64,000 bases of DNA, taken from positions 800,001 to 864,000 of the forward strand of contig CAWDEM010000004.1 in the NCBI GenBank assembly GCA_963801355.1. The letters are read 5' to 3'. Position 1 is the stretch's first letter; every line of letters begins with the position of its first letter. The notes beneath the pieces were generated by a model. That model was not told the DNA's origin. It saw only the letters and a program-made list of their open reading frames with translations, and did not search any database. The position numbers and the translations under genes were made by a program. Source of the DNA: Ignavibacteriota bacterium (GTDB taxonomy: Bacteria > Bacteroidota > Ignavibacteria > UBA10030 > UBA6906). This document shows, piece by piece, positions 29,801 to 39,073 of this stretch.

Positions 29801-31089
29801 TGTACTGTGACGGCGAGGTGCTCGAGAGGATTCTCAACAACCTGCTCTCCAATGCGTTCAAGTTCACGCCCAAAGGGGGTTCGGTAACGTGCACGCTGAA
29901 ACGGAAGAACGTTTCCTCTCACGAGGGGACGATTGAAGTGGCTGAAATCAATGTCAGTGATACCGGCGTTGGCATACCGCGCGAGCAACTCGATAGGGTG
30001 TTCGACCGCTTCTATCAGGTCGATGCGTCGCAGACGCGTGCCCACGAAGGCTCGGGCATCGGTCTTGCCCTCGTGAAGGAACTGGTCGAGCTGCATCATG
30101 GAACGATTCACGTGCAGAGTAAAGTCGGAAAAGGGTCGATCTTCAGCATCCAGATGCGCCTGGGACGAAACCACCTGACGGACGATGAGATTGTCGAGGT
30201 ACCTGAGGGCGTTGAGATGGCGGTGCGGGAATCGGAAGCAGGCGTTGGTTGCGAGGCTGCCGAAGAACCCATGGAAGGAAGAGGGTCTGAAGGAGAGAAG
30301 AGCGGGAAACCCATCGTTCTTGTGGTCGAGGATCATGCCGACGTCCGTGCGTACATCAAAGGCCACCTTGTTCCGGCCTATCAGGTGAGAGAAGCGCGAG
30401 ACGGAGCAGAAGGCATCGAGAAGGCACAGGAAATCATCCCGGATCTCGTAATCAGCGATGTGATGATGCCGAAGAAGGATGGCTTCGAAGTGTGCAGGAT
30501 ATTGAAGTGCGATGTACGGACAAGTCATATTCCTATTGTCCTCCTCACGGCGAAGGCGGCTAGCGAGGATAAAATTGAAGGGCTTGAAATCGGCGCCGAC
30601 GATTACCTGATCAAGCCATTCGAGCCGAAGGAGCTTCTTGCGAGGGTCAAGAACCTGATTGACCAGCGGCAAAAACTGAGGGAACGGTTTGCAGCATCGG
30701 CTCCGCTGAGGCCGGGCGAAGTTGCTGTTACCTCGATGGATGATGCATTTTTGAACAAAGTCATAGTGGCAGTTGAACTGCACATGGGTGACGAGCATCT
30801 GTCCATCGAAGGACTCGGCGCCGAGGTGGGAATGAGTCGAGTGCAGCTGCATCGCAAGCTCGTTGCATTGACGAACCTATCACCGGGGGAATTCATTCGC
30901 TATTTTCGCCTCCACCGGGCAATGGAATTGCTGCAAAAGGATACAGGCACGGTCTCAGAAATCGCTTATGCCGTCGGCTTCAACGATCCGTCCTATTTCT
31001 CAAAGTGCTTCCACAAGCAGTTTGGAAAGGCGCCCTCCGAAGTCAGGAACGCCTCGATTCAAGCCGAAAACCCAGGCAAGGCACTATAG
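26848..31089 (+). CDS. Hybrid two-component sensor/regulator (beta-propeller, YYY, HisKA, HATPase, REC, AraC)
   Basis: Repeated DxxGxLWIGT; FANISHEFRTPLT; NLLSNAFKF; GSGIGL; ISDVMMP; AraC HTH AYAVGFNDPSYFSKCF. Confidence 0.96.
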   Translation: MKRMHFQYREALRRPCFPCRKLACVILAASLTTPVRGQPLEPAFEHITIGVAYSFLHDSNGFLWIGAQEGLARYDGYNLKFYKHIPFDSTSLSSNWVTVLKEDRDGNLWVGTWGGALNYFNQRTDKFTRYLQDPDSSSSINCRNICSIVVNDDGTLWIGTQERGLLRMSFDGNGNAVYRRCDLRAAREANNDEREVSVWCLLKDSEGILWVGTFGNGLICLDPATNERRHYEHDPGKPASLSSNSISCLCEDDSGNIWIGTGNGALSIKGNGLSRFDRKTRNFTTFKHSPLDPTSLCSNSPLCLLIDHANTLWVGTSDNGLCSIELKHLYGSGKPVFARRKNVGGTMIHSVYEDRLDNIWVGLLAMHVCRYDGHRNPFIWYRHVPGNRNSLSGNAVACIYVDRKDKIWFGYNWSGVTRFDPRSGAYKHFACDPKSPTGISSNWVNAICEGNDGIMWLGTSDSGIDVFNPSDDTFTHLKADPDRPSGLRSNRVRFLLKSRSDDIWISTVSEGLQLYDQESRTFTFFDVDSSTSADEATSILYEDSRGTLWIGTMNNGVYGLTVADREIKSVKHYVHDPRNKNSLSYNHTTDIIQSRVLDNDALWIATSVGLNRLDLKTETFTHYFAKDGLPHDFVLKLLEDNEGNIWASTAYKLCVFSVRTGKFSSYGKNDGLPVTGFAGARQNSAVTRDHQLLFGAAYGVLGYHPEEVLRNQAIPHIFLTDFRIWHESVKLDTAIHVKRVITLEHDENTFGFDFSDLNLTTSKRNQFAYKLEGLYEDWIYIGNEHTVSFTNIDPGTYSFRVKASDNDSTWSKGEASLSIVITPPWWKTTWAYLVYVVIIGTILSAGYRVRMRRMQLAQQLQIEHLEAEKMRDVNRMKSRFFANISHEFRTPLTLVLGPIHKWREKAHEEGEKKDLGVAERNARRVLRLINQLLDLSRLEAGGMRLRASRMNIVPLVKGIAYSFATVDGRGGVGLTVDVEEKEIEVYCDGEVLERILNNLLSNAFKFTPKGGSVTCTLKRKNVSSHEGTIEVAEINVSDTGVGIPREQLDRVFDRFYQVDASQTRAHEGSGIGLALVKELVELHHGTIHVQSKVGKGSIFSIQMRLGRNHLTDDEIVEVPEGVEMAVRESEAGVGCEAAEEPMEGRGSEGEKSGKPIVLVVEDHADVRAYIKGHLVPAYQVREARDGAEGIEKAQEIIPDLVISDVMMPKKDGFEVCRILKCDVRTSHIPIVLLTAKAASEDKIEGLEIGADDYLIKPFEPKELLARVKNLIDQRQKLRERFAASAPLRPGEVAVTSMDDAFLNKVIVAVELHMGDEHLSIEGLGAEVGMSRVQLHRKLVALTNLSPGEFIRYFRLHRAMELLQKDTGTVSEIAYAVGFNDPSYFSKCFHKQFGKAPSEVRNASIQAENPGKAL

Positions 31090-31140
31090 AACCTCTCCTG
31101 ACCGTGGCTCGACACCCAGTCTCCTCTATCCCTCGCCGGA

Positions 31141-31168
31141 TGTAACAGAATTACCTGAGTTTGAAACA
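31141..31168 (+). promoter_or_regulatory. Direct repeat TG(T/A)AACA at 21-bp spacing, candidate AraC/HTCS operator
   Basis: TGTAACA at 31141 and TGAAACA at 31162, 52 nt downstream of the HTCS stop. Confidence 0.4.
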
Positions 31169-31313
31169 ATACTACTTGGTACCCCCCCTCCTCATTGTGC
31201 TAATTTCTCCACATACCATGCAGGTAGGTAGCGGCACCCCTTGGCTTTTTCAGCCACTGGGCCGTCGGTCTGGACTCTGTTCCAGCCTCTCCGCAGTAGA
31301 GCTTGCCCCGAGT

Positions 31314-31328
31314 CCCGCCTCTGGCGGG
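31314..31328. repeat. REP-like hairpin
   Basis: CCCGCC-TCT-GGCGGG nested in a weaker outer stem. Confidence 0.45.
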
Positions 31329-31483
31329 GTCGAGGGGCCCATCCCGACATCCTCCTGGCTGACAAGTCTTCTTGTAGATTGACCCTGTTCTGATTTGGCG
31401 GATTCCTCGAAACTGACGTCAACCGGGTGGAACGCCCCCGGACCCTGACTCCTGGAGATTCGTCTTCCTGGAGGACACCTAAT

Positions 31484-31873
31484 ATGAAAACGCTAAAGTG
31501 CTTTTTCGCCGTTGTCCGCGTGTTATGCTCCGCACCAGGAGCGCAAGCGCAGTCTCAGAGGCTCCAGGATAGCACTCTGGCCCTCCTTGGCGTGTGGACA
31601 ACGGGTCCTTGCAACGCGGTTGCCGCAGAGAGCATTTTCGTTTACATAGCCAAAGCTTCTACGCTCGAGATTCTTGACGTATCCGGCGGCGTGGCGAGCG
31701 GTGTGTACTTCTATCATCTGTCCGTCGTGCCTTTGGCACGGCGGGACCTCGTCCCGACCGATGCTCGGGACGGGCAGGCGGGAGACCTTGTTAAGACGAT
31801 GAAACTCATTGTGATGAGACCAGCCGAGGGATCTTTTGCAGCATGTGTTCATCCAGCAGCGAGGCGACAATGA
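31484..31873 (+). pseudogene. Collapsed T9SS cargo gene: signal peptide and LVIVD-like start fused to the last strands of a CTD
   Basis: ...VYIAKASTLEILDVS joined to GGVASGVYFYHL...KTMKLIVMR; the NYPNPFN part of the CTD and the passenger domain are missing. Confidence 0.7.
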
Positions 31874-34413
31874 AAACAAACCGGGGTCTGCATGTTGCAA
31901 CGGCCACACTCATGCTTGTCCTGCTTGGAACCTCGTCTCTTTGGACACAGAATGAAAGTGAAATCCCTGGGAGCAGCATAGAACCAACGATATCGCCGGC
32001 AATGACCGAGAGCAAGCCGTCATTCTACAAGAGAAAGGCTGAATGGAGGAAGATCATCGATGAATACTGGGGCCCTGGATTGCCGTATCAACAGAAGTTG
32101 CAGGTGTTCAACACGTTTGCCGATTTCGTCCAGACCAAATTCTCCGCGTTCAACGGGCTTGGGATCAATTGGGATTCACTCCGCACCTACTATCGCAACC
32201 AGATCACCGACTCCACAAGTCACGGCAGATTCTCCGGAATCATGAATGCCCTGGCTTACAGTCTGCGGGAGGCGCATACCATTGTGTTGGACAGCACCTA
32301 CTTCAAGGTCGACATGGCGGCAGGCAGGGTCATCTATCCTCCCTGGGGGACCCCGGTTCTGGTAATGTACGGTGTGGACGCGAATCACTTTGGGGCGACT
32401 CTTTCCCCATTGCCAGACAGCTCACTTCTGGTGATACGGACGATACCGAACCATCCGCTCGGACTGGTCCCGGGTGACGTTGTCCTGGGGTATGAGGGGT
32501 CTCCATGGAGGTATCTGTGGAAGGAACTCCTAGCCATGGAGATGCCCTCCTTTCTACTGTTTGGCGGCTCCTGGAGTTCGCAGGAACATCTATGGCTTGC
32601 GGCCGCGGGGATGAACTGGCACTTGTTCGATACCATCGATGTGGTGAAGTACCCGACGGGAGACACGCTCCACCTGCCAGTGGACACGCTGAAAACTCTG
32701 AACGTGTCCCAACTTGTGTACAACAACCAGTCACTGGCGATTGCCGGAGTTCCTGAGCCGGACTACAAGCACCCTTTCTATTTCAACACGAGGCCCGTTA
32801 CCTATGGCAGAGTCCAGGGAACGAACGTCGGCTATGTCTATGTCACGGCACACACCAAGCCCGCCACCCGCGATGAGTTTGTTCGGGCAGTCGATGCGCT
32901 GTGGGATACGGATGGCATGATCATTGATATCCGTCATGACACTGGAGGAGAAACGCTGTACCATCTCGGACAGGGTCTTGCGAAAATGATGAACTTCAAG
33001 ACATACACGTTCGACATGTATCGGCGTGCTTCCGCTTCGGATTATTTCGCACTCGCAAAGTTCCTCCCACCCCCAGGGTCTGCAGGCGGAAAAGACTGGT
33101 ACATTGACGCCGACCCTGAGACGGTCTATGACCGGCCGGTTGCTGTGCTCGTAGGCCCGGTCTGCGCGAGTATGGGTGACGTGTCTGCGTACATGTTGAA
33201 GCATGTTCCGAATGCACGGTTCTTCGGGAAGCCCACACGCGGATGCATGGCCGGACACTGGGACGAGGAACTGCTGCGAAACCTCTTTGGTTTCGACATG
33301 GATGTGTCAGACGTAATCTGTATGGACTACTATAGCCCACCACGCATGCTCGAGCGCGCTGACTTTCCCGTTGACGAGGAGGTCTGGCTGACACAGGAGG
33401 ATGTGGTGAAAGGGGAGGATACCGTCGTCAAGCGCGCACTGGCGTGGATCCGCAGCGTCGCTCATGCCCACGATGTGGTCGCTTCCGCACGGTTCTGCAA
33501 ACCCGGCAGTGATACCATTCAAGTGACTACTCACGCAGAAAACCCGAGCGATCATCTGATATCGCTTATGGCCTACTTCGAGGCAGATTCCATTGCTGTA
33601 GATTCCGCTGCGTTCGCTGATGACGGTCTTCACGGCGACGGGGCGAGTGGCGATGGCGTCTGGGGGACATCCTGGTCTGTACCTGCGGGTGAACGATTCT
33701 ACAACGTTGGATTTCGGGTGGCCGATCCGACTGATCCATCGACGTATCCGCTGCCGTACGCTGCCCGGTTCACCACCGCGGGTCCCCTCATGTTCGCCGG
33801 GTACACGTTCTCAACTTCTGATACCGTAGCAGGCCCCGGGAAGACCATGAGCTACCAAGTTGCGCTGAGGAATCGTGGAACCACGGCAACGGTGCCGAAC
33901 GTCACTGCGAGGGTACGTTCGCTGGATACAACCGTATTAGTCCAGAACGTTGAGCTGGGGTATGGAGATCTTTCGGCAGGCCAATCGTCTGCCGGGACGG
34001 TCGCTCAGAGAGTGCGTTATTCAACATCCCGCCCGGGAAACTACGTAGTCCAGTTTGTGGTCGACATCTCGAGCAATGAAGTGCTCTACTGGAATGACAC
34101 GTTTGCAGATCTTGTTACTGGCGTTGGTCAGCCTGAACAGGTTCTGCCCAAGGTGTTTGCGCTTGACCAAAACTATCCCAACCCCTTCAACCCATCTACG
34201 ACCATCCGTTACGGCCTGCCGAACAGGGCAACGGTTCGACTCACTGTTTTCAATACTCTCGGTCAGCAGGTCATTCTTCTGCAGAATGGGGAGCAAGACG
34301 CAGGGTATCACGAGGTCAAGTTCGACGCCTCGGGGTTGTCAAGCGGAGTGTATTTCTATCGACTGCGAGCCGAGAATTTTGTATCCACGAAGAAGATGTT
34401 GATTTTGCGATAG
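31870..34413 (+). CDS. S41 family peptidase with T9SS sorting domain
   Basis: VGYVYV, IIDIRHDTGG, LVGPVCASMGD (putative catalytic Ser), FFGKPTRG, DDGLHGDGASGDGVW, QNYPNPFNPS. Confidence 0.85.
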   Translation: MKTNRGLHVATATLMLVLLGTSSLWTQNESEIPGSSIEPTISPAMTESKPSFYKRKAEWRKIIDEYWGPGLPYQQKLQVFNTFADFVQTKFSAFNGLGINWDSLRTYYRNQITDSTSHGRFSGIMNALAYSLREAHTIVLDSTYFKVDMAAGRVIYPPWGTPVLVMYGVDANHFGATLSPLPDSSLLVIRTIPNHPLGLVPGDVVLGYEGSPWRYLWKELLAMEMPSFLLFGGSWSSQEHLWLAAAGMNWHLFDTIDVVKYPTGDTLHLPVDTLKTLNVSQLVYNNQSLAIAGVPEPDYKHPFYFNTRPVTYGRVQGTNVGYVYVTAHTKPATRDEFVRAVDALWDTDGMIIDIRHDTGGETLYHLGQGLAKMMNFKTYTFDMYRRASASDYFALAKFLPPPGSAGGKDWYIDADPETVYDRPVAVLVGPVCASMGDVSAYMLKHVPNARFFGKPTRGCMAGHWDEELLRNLFGFDMDVSDVICMDYYSPPRMLERADFPVDEEVWLTQEDVVKGEDTVVKRALAWIRSVAHAHDVVASARFCKPGSDTIQVTTHAENPSDHLISLMAYFEADSIAVDSAAFADDGLHGDGASGDGVWGTSWSVPAGERFYNVGFRVADPTDPSTYPLPYAARFTTAGPLMFAGYTFSTSDTVAGPGKTMSYQVALRNRGTTATVPNVTARVRSLDTTVLVQNVELGYGDLSAGQSSAGTVAQRVRYSTSRPGNYVVQFVVDISSNEVLYWNDTFADLVTGVGQPEQVLPKVFALDQNYPNPFNPSTTIRYGLPNRATVRLTVFNTLGQQVILLQNGEQDAGYHEVKFDASGLSSGVYFYRLRAENFVSTKKMLILR

Positions 34414-34429
34414 ATTCCTAGCAAACCGG

Positions 34430-34565
34430 AGATTCGGCCCGGTGATGATTATTGGGCGCACAGCAGTCTCGTAAAGGGTATGGTCTCGTGGAAATGCAGA
34501 AGAAATCCGAAGCTCGTGCAGCTGTCAACGGGCTGCAGGCCCAACGCATATCTATCAGCAGAAGC
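34430..34565 (+). pseudogene. Remnant of an RRM (RNP-1) RNA-binding protein gene
   Basis: SRKGYGLVEMQKKSEARAAVNGL matches the S(R/K)GFGFVEM...EA..AI..LN core of bacterial RRM proteins; no start or RNP-2. Confidence 0.6.
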
Positions 34566-34700
34566 CCCGGAAATGCACTTCCTGATTGGGGAAGGCGAAA
34601 TACCACAGACGTGCGATTGACTCTTGCCCAGCGCCGACGCAGTTTAGCTCCAGTTGTGAAGAATGATGCAGCCTTGTGCCCTTTAGCGGAGGACAGAGAA

Positions 34701-36929
34701 ATGAGACCAGTGAAGTTGCTATGCATCGCGCAGCTTGCCGCCGTCGGCTTCTTGTCAGGACAAGAGAGCTGGCATTTCCAGAATCCAGTGCCGACCTCGA
34801 GCCATTTGCGTTCTGTATGCTTTGTCGACGAGAACACAGGTTGGGCGGCTGGGTGGTACGGTACCATAATCAACACAACAGATGGCGGCAGAACCTGGCA
34901 CTTCCAGGAGGCGTGCAATGCAGATTGGATCGGCCAGGTATTCTTTGTCGACGCCAAGACAGGATGGGCCACTGGCGGAAGGCTAACAGGCGGGGAATCG
35001 TGGTATGCTCCAGTATACGAACCCGTTCTCCTTCACACAAAGGACGGCGGTTTGCACTGGTCACTCCAATTCTCTCTTGATACGTCGGCCGGTGATTGGG
35101 GCCGAACACCTATCTTTTTCACGGATGGGCACACTGGATGGATGGTTGGGTCTGTCGGGAAACTGGAGCACCGCTCGATTCTCAAAACTACTGACGCGGG
35201 TGAACACTGGTCGATACAGGGAAACACAGGATGGGGGACCCTCTCGCTCTTCTTCGTTGACACGCTCACAGGATGGGCAGTTGGTGGCGAATCAGAAATG
35301 AGTGCAGTCAGCATTCTGAAGACCTCCGATGGCGGTGAACACTGGATCTCTCAATCAGGCGGGGTCAATGGTTTCCTTGAATCGGTTTTCTTCGTTGACG
35401 ACACCACGGGCTGGGCTGTTGGCGCACCCAACATCACTCTCAAAACAACCAATGGAGGAATGGACTGGACCCAACAGTCGGGCAACGTTTCCGCCAGCTC
35501 TGTCTACTTTGCAAACGCGGATCGGGGGTTTGCCACGGGATGGGGAGGTTTCTTTCTAACCACTGACGGCGGGAACCATTGGGAGGTGCAGCCAACCGCT
35601 ATGACAGCTCTTTCAGTTTGCTGCGTCAACAACGACATTGGCTGGCGTGTCGGGAATAACGGGACAATCCAGAAGACCACCGACGGGGGGTGGATGTGGG
35701 AATTCCAGAGCAAGACCTTCACATCTGGCGATTTGCGGGCCGTCGATTTTGTAGATCAACTCTCAGGTTGGGTGGTTGGGGAAGGGTGGCCAGGCATCTA
35801 TCACAGTAGCGATGGGGGGGGCACCTGGGAGGCGCAAGACTCTACTTCGTCAACAATGCCATATTTCACCGATTTGAACGACCTTTTCTTTTACGATTCA
35901 ATGAATGGCTGGGCAACAGGGAGAAAGGCCGTATCGGGAAACCATGATATTCTTATTCTTCACACGTCCAATGGGGGCAAGTATTGGGAGGAACAAGCTC
36001 CCAGTATTCGGGGAAATCTGTACGCTATCACGTTCGTCGATCAAAACACTGGATGGGCAGTGGGCGAGGGGGGGACAATCCTGTACACAAAGGATGCTGG
36101 TAGCCAGTGGAGCAAACAAGAATCCGGCACCACCGAAATACTGTTCGACGTTGATTTTGTGGACTACAGCCACGGGTGGATCGCTGGATATGGAGGTGTA
36201 CTTCGTACGGAAGACGGCGGCGTGAACTGGGAAGGCTCATTGGGGGGAGCTTGTCCACAGTCAATAGACTTCGTTGACTCGGTCCATGGATGGGGTGCCC
36301 GATCCTATTCTCCTAACCCGATCGCACTGGGCAAGAGTGTTCAGAACGTCCTTGGCGATAGAAGCGTCATTTGGAATACGAATGACGGGGGAATGAGCTG
36401 GACGGTTCAATGTGGGGGTAACCGCTCTACAAGATCTGTCATGTTCCTTGACAGTTTGGTTGGCTGGGCCGTGGGATCAGAGGTGCTCTACACGGCAGAT
36501 GGGGGGCGGACCTGGAAGCGTTCCCGCATCCCTGTTGGGTCCATCTACTCAATTGATTTTGTTAATGCAAGGAGTGGATGGCTCGTAGGTTGGGACGGGG
36601 CTATCATGCATACGTCGGATGGCGGCGTGACCTTCTTCGAAGGGACCGCTCCGAGAGACATTCCGCGCCAACTCCATCTCAGTCAAAACTACCCCAACCC
36701 GTTCAATCCGAGCACGACCATCAAGTACGAATTGCCGAAGTCCTCGGAAGTTAGGTTGAGTGTCTACGACATGCTTGGCCGCGAGGTATCCGTGTTGGTG
36801 AATGACAGAATGGACGCTGGAGTTCACGAGGTTAGGTTCGATGGTTCGAATCTTGCGACTGGTGTGTACATGTCTCGTCTGACGGCGGGAAGTAACGTCC
36901 AATCGCGCAAATTACTTCTCTTACGTTGA
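34701..36929 (+). CDS. YCF48/BNR-repeat beta-propeller protein with T9SS sorting domain
   Basis: Many FxDxxxGWAVG...TxDGGxxW repeats; signal peptide from ATG 34701; SQNYPNPFNPS CTD. Confidence 0.9.
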   Translation: MRPVKLLCIAQLAAVGFLSGQESWHFQNPVPTSSHLRSVCFVDENTGWAAGWYGTIINTTDGGRTWHFQEACNADWIGQVFFVDAKTGWATGGRLTGGESWYAPVYEPVLLHTKDGGLHWSLQFSLDTSAGDWGRTPIFFTDGHTGWMVGSVGKLEHRSILKTTDAGEHWSIQGNTGWGTLSLFFVDTLTGWAVGGESEMSAVSILKTSDGGEHWISQSGGVNGFLESVFFVDDTTGWAVGAPNITLKTTNGGMDWTQQSGNVSASSVYFANADRGFATGWGGFFLTTDGGNHWEVQPTAMTALSVCCVNNDIGWRVGNNGTIQKTTDGGWMWEFQSKTFTSGDLRAVDFVDQLSGWVVGEGWPGIYHSSDGGGTWEAQDSTSSTMPYFTDLNDLFFYDSMNGWATGRKAVSGNHDILILHTSNGGKYWEEQAPSIRGNLYAITFVDQNTGWAVGEGGTILYTKDAGSQWSKQESGTTEILFDVDFVDYSHGWIAGYGGVLRTEDGGVNWEGSLGGACPQSIDFVDSVHGWGARSYSPNPIALGKSVQNVLGDRSVIWNTNDGGMSWTVQCGGNRSTRSVMFLDSLVGWAVGSEVLYTADGGRTWKRSRIPVGSIYSIDFVNARSGWLVGWDGAIMHTSDGGVTFFEGTAPRDIPRQLHLSQNYPNPFNPSTTIKYELPKSSEVRLSVYDMLGREVSVLVNDRMDAGVHEVRFDGSNLATGVYMSRLTAGSNVQSRKLLLLR

Positions 36930-36955
36930 CGAGCAAGAGATCCGCAGGCGAAAGA

Positions 36956-36985
36956 AACAGGCTTGGAACTGATTCCAAGCCTGTT
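36956..36985 (+). terminator. Intrinsic terminator
   Basis: AACAGGCTTGGAA-CTGA-TTCCAAGCCTGTT perfect 13-bp stem followed by CTTCATT, 27 nt after the stop. Confidence 0.8.
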
Positions 36986-37119
36986 CTTCATTGTGATACC
37001 GGGGATCTGTCTATCGAAGCAATGAAGTGTTCTTGTAGAGAATTCCTCGTCCGTGAGGTCAAACGTGCTGTACACGCCTTGTTTATGCTCCTCAACACCC
37101 ACTTTCCCGCAGGACACCT

Positions 37120-37362
37120 ATGATGAAAGCGATGGCTTGCTCTTTCGCCGCCGTGTGTATCCTCTGCCCCGCATTGGAAGCACAAGTTCAACCCCAGACT
37201 CTCCAAGACAGCACGCTGACAATTGAGATCCAAGGAAATCATTATGAAGTGGCATCAGCGCCTGCACTGAACAGTGCTCTAGCGAAACCTGGGAGATGTG
37301 CTGCTCTGTTCTCGTGGGGCTCCCGACAGTATGTGCGAAAGAGCATTGTTGGAAAGGTTTAG
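37120..37362 (+). pseudogene. Truncated paralog of the 31484 gene 5' end
   Basis: MMKAMACSFAAVCILCPALEAQVQPQTLQDSTL versus MKTLKCFFAVVRVLCSAPGAQAQSQRLQDSTL; shared upstream AGGACACCTA. Confidence 0.55.
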
Positions 37363-37557
37363 AGGGTTCGCTGATGCATCGGATGATGCCCCAGCCAGAG
37401 GAGGGAAAGATTACATTGAGGAGCGGATTTCTTCAAAGTTGTGAAGAAATATCGAAAACCGCCATACTGCCCTTCAATCTCTGCCAATCTGCAGGGTGAA
37501 CAAGAAGAATATCGAGCCGGTCTTTTGTATCTTCCAGCATCATCAACGGGAGACAGC

Positions 37558-38973
37558 GTGAACAAGACAGCGTATCTCATCATGATATGTCTGATTTCCA
37601 CCCTGGGTGGATTCCTCTTCGGGTATGATACAGCGGTCATCTCCGGGACTCTGACATTCGTGCGGACACAATTTCAAATGGACGCCCTGCTCGAAGGGTG
37701 GTTTGTTGGATCAGCACTGCTGGGATGTGTCGTCGGTGTGGCCTTTGCGGGAATTCTCGCAGATCAGTTTGGTCGTAAAATGACATTGGTCCTCTCTGCG
37801 ATTCTCTTGCTTGTGTCAGCTGTCGGCTGCATGATCGCCGGTAATCTGACCGCCCTGATTCTCTACCGGTGGATAGGTGGTCTTGGCGTCGGGGTGGCGT
37901 CCATGCTGTCGCCTCTGTTTATCTCGGAGATGTCCGGGCCGGGCATCCGGGGCCGGATGGTATCGCTCTATCAACTGGCAATCACCATCGGGATTCTCGC
38001 CGCGTATTTTGCCAACGCAGAACTCTTATCGCTGGGCCAGGCCACGCGGTTCGAGGAGGGTGGATTCTGGCAATGGACGATCTCGGCGGAAGTCTGGAGG
38101 GGGATGTTCGGGGCGGAGGCTCTTCCCGGAGTCCTCTTCCTCATGCTGCTCTTCTTTGTGCCTGAAAGCCCGCGCTGGCTCATGGTACGGAAGAGGGAAA
38201 CAGAGGCGCGTGCTGTACTCAACCGCATCATGAGTGAGGAAGACGCGGAAAGGGAAGTGGGAGAGATCAGAGGGATCCTTGCTCAGGAGCAGATTTCATG
38301 GAAGCAGTTGCTTGCTCCGGGAATCCGTAGCGCTGTCCTTATCGGTATGGCCCTCGCGATTCTATCGCAGTTTTCCGGCATCAACGCCATCATCTACTAC
38401 GGCCCTCGCATCTTCGAATCAGCCGGATTCGGGGTGGGGGGATCGTTGAGTGGGCAGGTCATCATCGGGGTTGTGAACGTACTTTTCACTCTGATCGCAA
38501 TATGGAAAATCGACCAGATGGGGAGAAGGGTCCTTCTGATAGCGGGATGCGTCGGCATGATTCTGTCCCATTTGGCAATCGGGACTGTGTTCTATACCGG
38601 GCAGACTGGCGGGCCTCTCTTGATGATCTTCATTCCCATGTTCATCGCATTCTTCGCCTTCTCGTATGGGCCGGTGATCTGGACGCTTCTGTCGGAGATC
38701 TATCCCAACGCGGTGCGGGGCCGGGCCATGTCGATTGCCACGTTGACGCTCTGGGTTGGTACGTTTATTATAGGTCAGACCGTACCGTGGATGCTTGAGA
38801 CTTTACAGCCGTATGGAACCTTCTGGCTCTTTTCGCTCATGCTGGTTCCAGCCATCTGGATCACGTGGAAATTGGTTCCGGAAACCAAAGGCCTGACGCT
38901 CGAGCAGATAGAACGCTACTGGCTCTCCCGCTCACATGGGGAGACTCAAGAACTTCTCTCAGGTCGCCGCTGA
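37558..38973 (+). CDS. Sugar porter family MFS transporter (XylE/AraE-like)
   Basis: GGFLFGYDTAVISG, DQFGRK, PESPRWL, QFSGINAIIYY, PETKG; likely GTG start 37558. Confidence 0.95.
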   Translation: MNKTAYLIMICLISTLGGFLFGYDTAVISGTLTFVRTQFQMDALLEGWFVGSALLGCVVGVAFAGILADQFGRKMTLVLSAILLLVSAVGCMIAGNLTALILYRWIGGLGVGVASMLSPLFISEMSGPGIRGRMVSLYQLAITIGILAAYFANAELLSLGQATRFEEGGFWQWTISAEVWRGMFGAEALPGVLFLMLLFFVPESPRWLMVRKRETEARAVLNRIMSEEDAEREVGEIRGILAQEQISWKQLLAPGIRSAVLIGMALAILSQFSGINAIIYYGPRIFESAGFGVGGSLSGQVIIGVVNVLFTLIAIWKIDQMGRRVLLIAGCVGMILSHLAIGTVFYTGQTGGPLLMIFIPMFIAFFAFSYGPVIWTLLSEIYPNAVRGRAMSIATLTLWVGTFIIGQTVPWMLETLQPYGTFWLFSLMLVPAIWITWKLVPETKGLTLEQIERYWLSRSHGETQELLSGRR

Positions 38974-38985
38974 GACTGGCGCCAA

Positions 38986-39014
38986 TTGATTCCCGCCCCA
39001 CTCCGTTGTATATT
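38986..39014 (+). promoter_or_regulatory. Sigma70-type promoter of kinase operon
   Basis: TTGATT-17 bp-TATATT, 60 nt before ATG 39074. Confidence 0.45.
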
Positions 39015-39073
39015 GCCGCCGTACTGCTGGGTCTTCGTGCCGTCGGGATTATGTCCTCCCATGTAGGCTTCCA

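Noticed and set aside
29500-30852. 450-aa minus-strand ORF, and similar long antisense ORFs at 873-1868, 16338-17528 and 49708-50658
   Set aside because: Antisense shadows of well-supported genes in GC-rich DNA; no recognisable motifs
34452-34700. N-terminal extensions in the ORF track (also 9327, 12432, 24671, 50011, 55539, 58618)
   Set aside because: Downstream starts have SD sites and/or place signal peptides at the N-terminus
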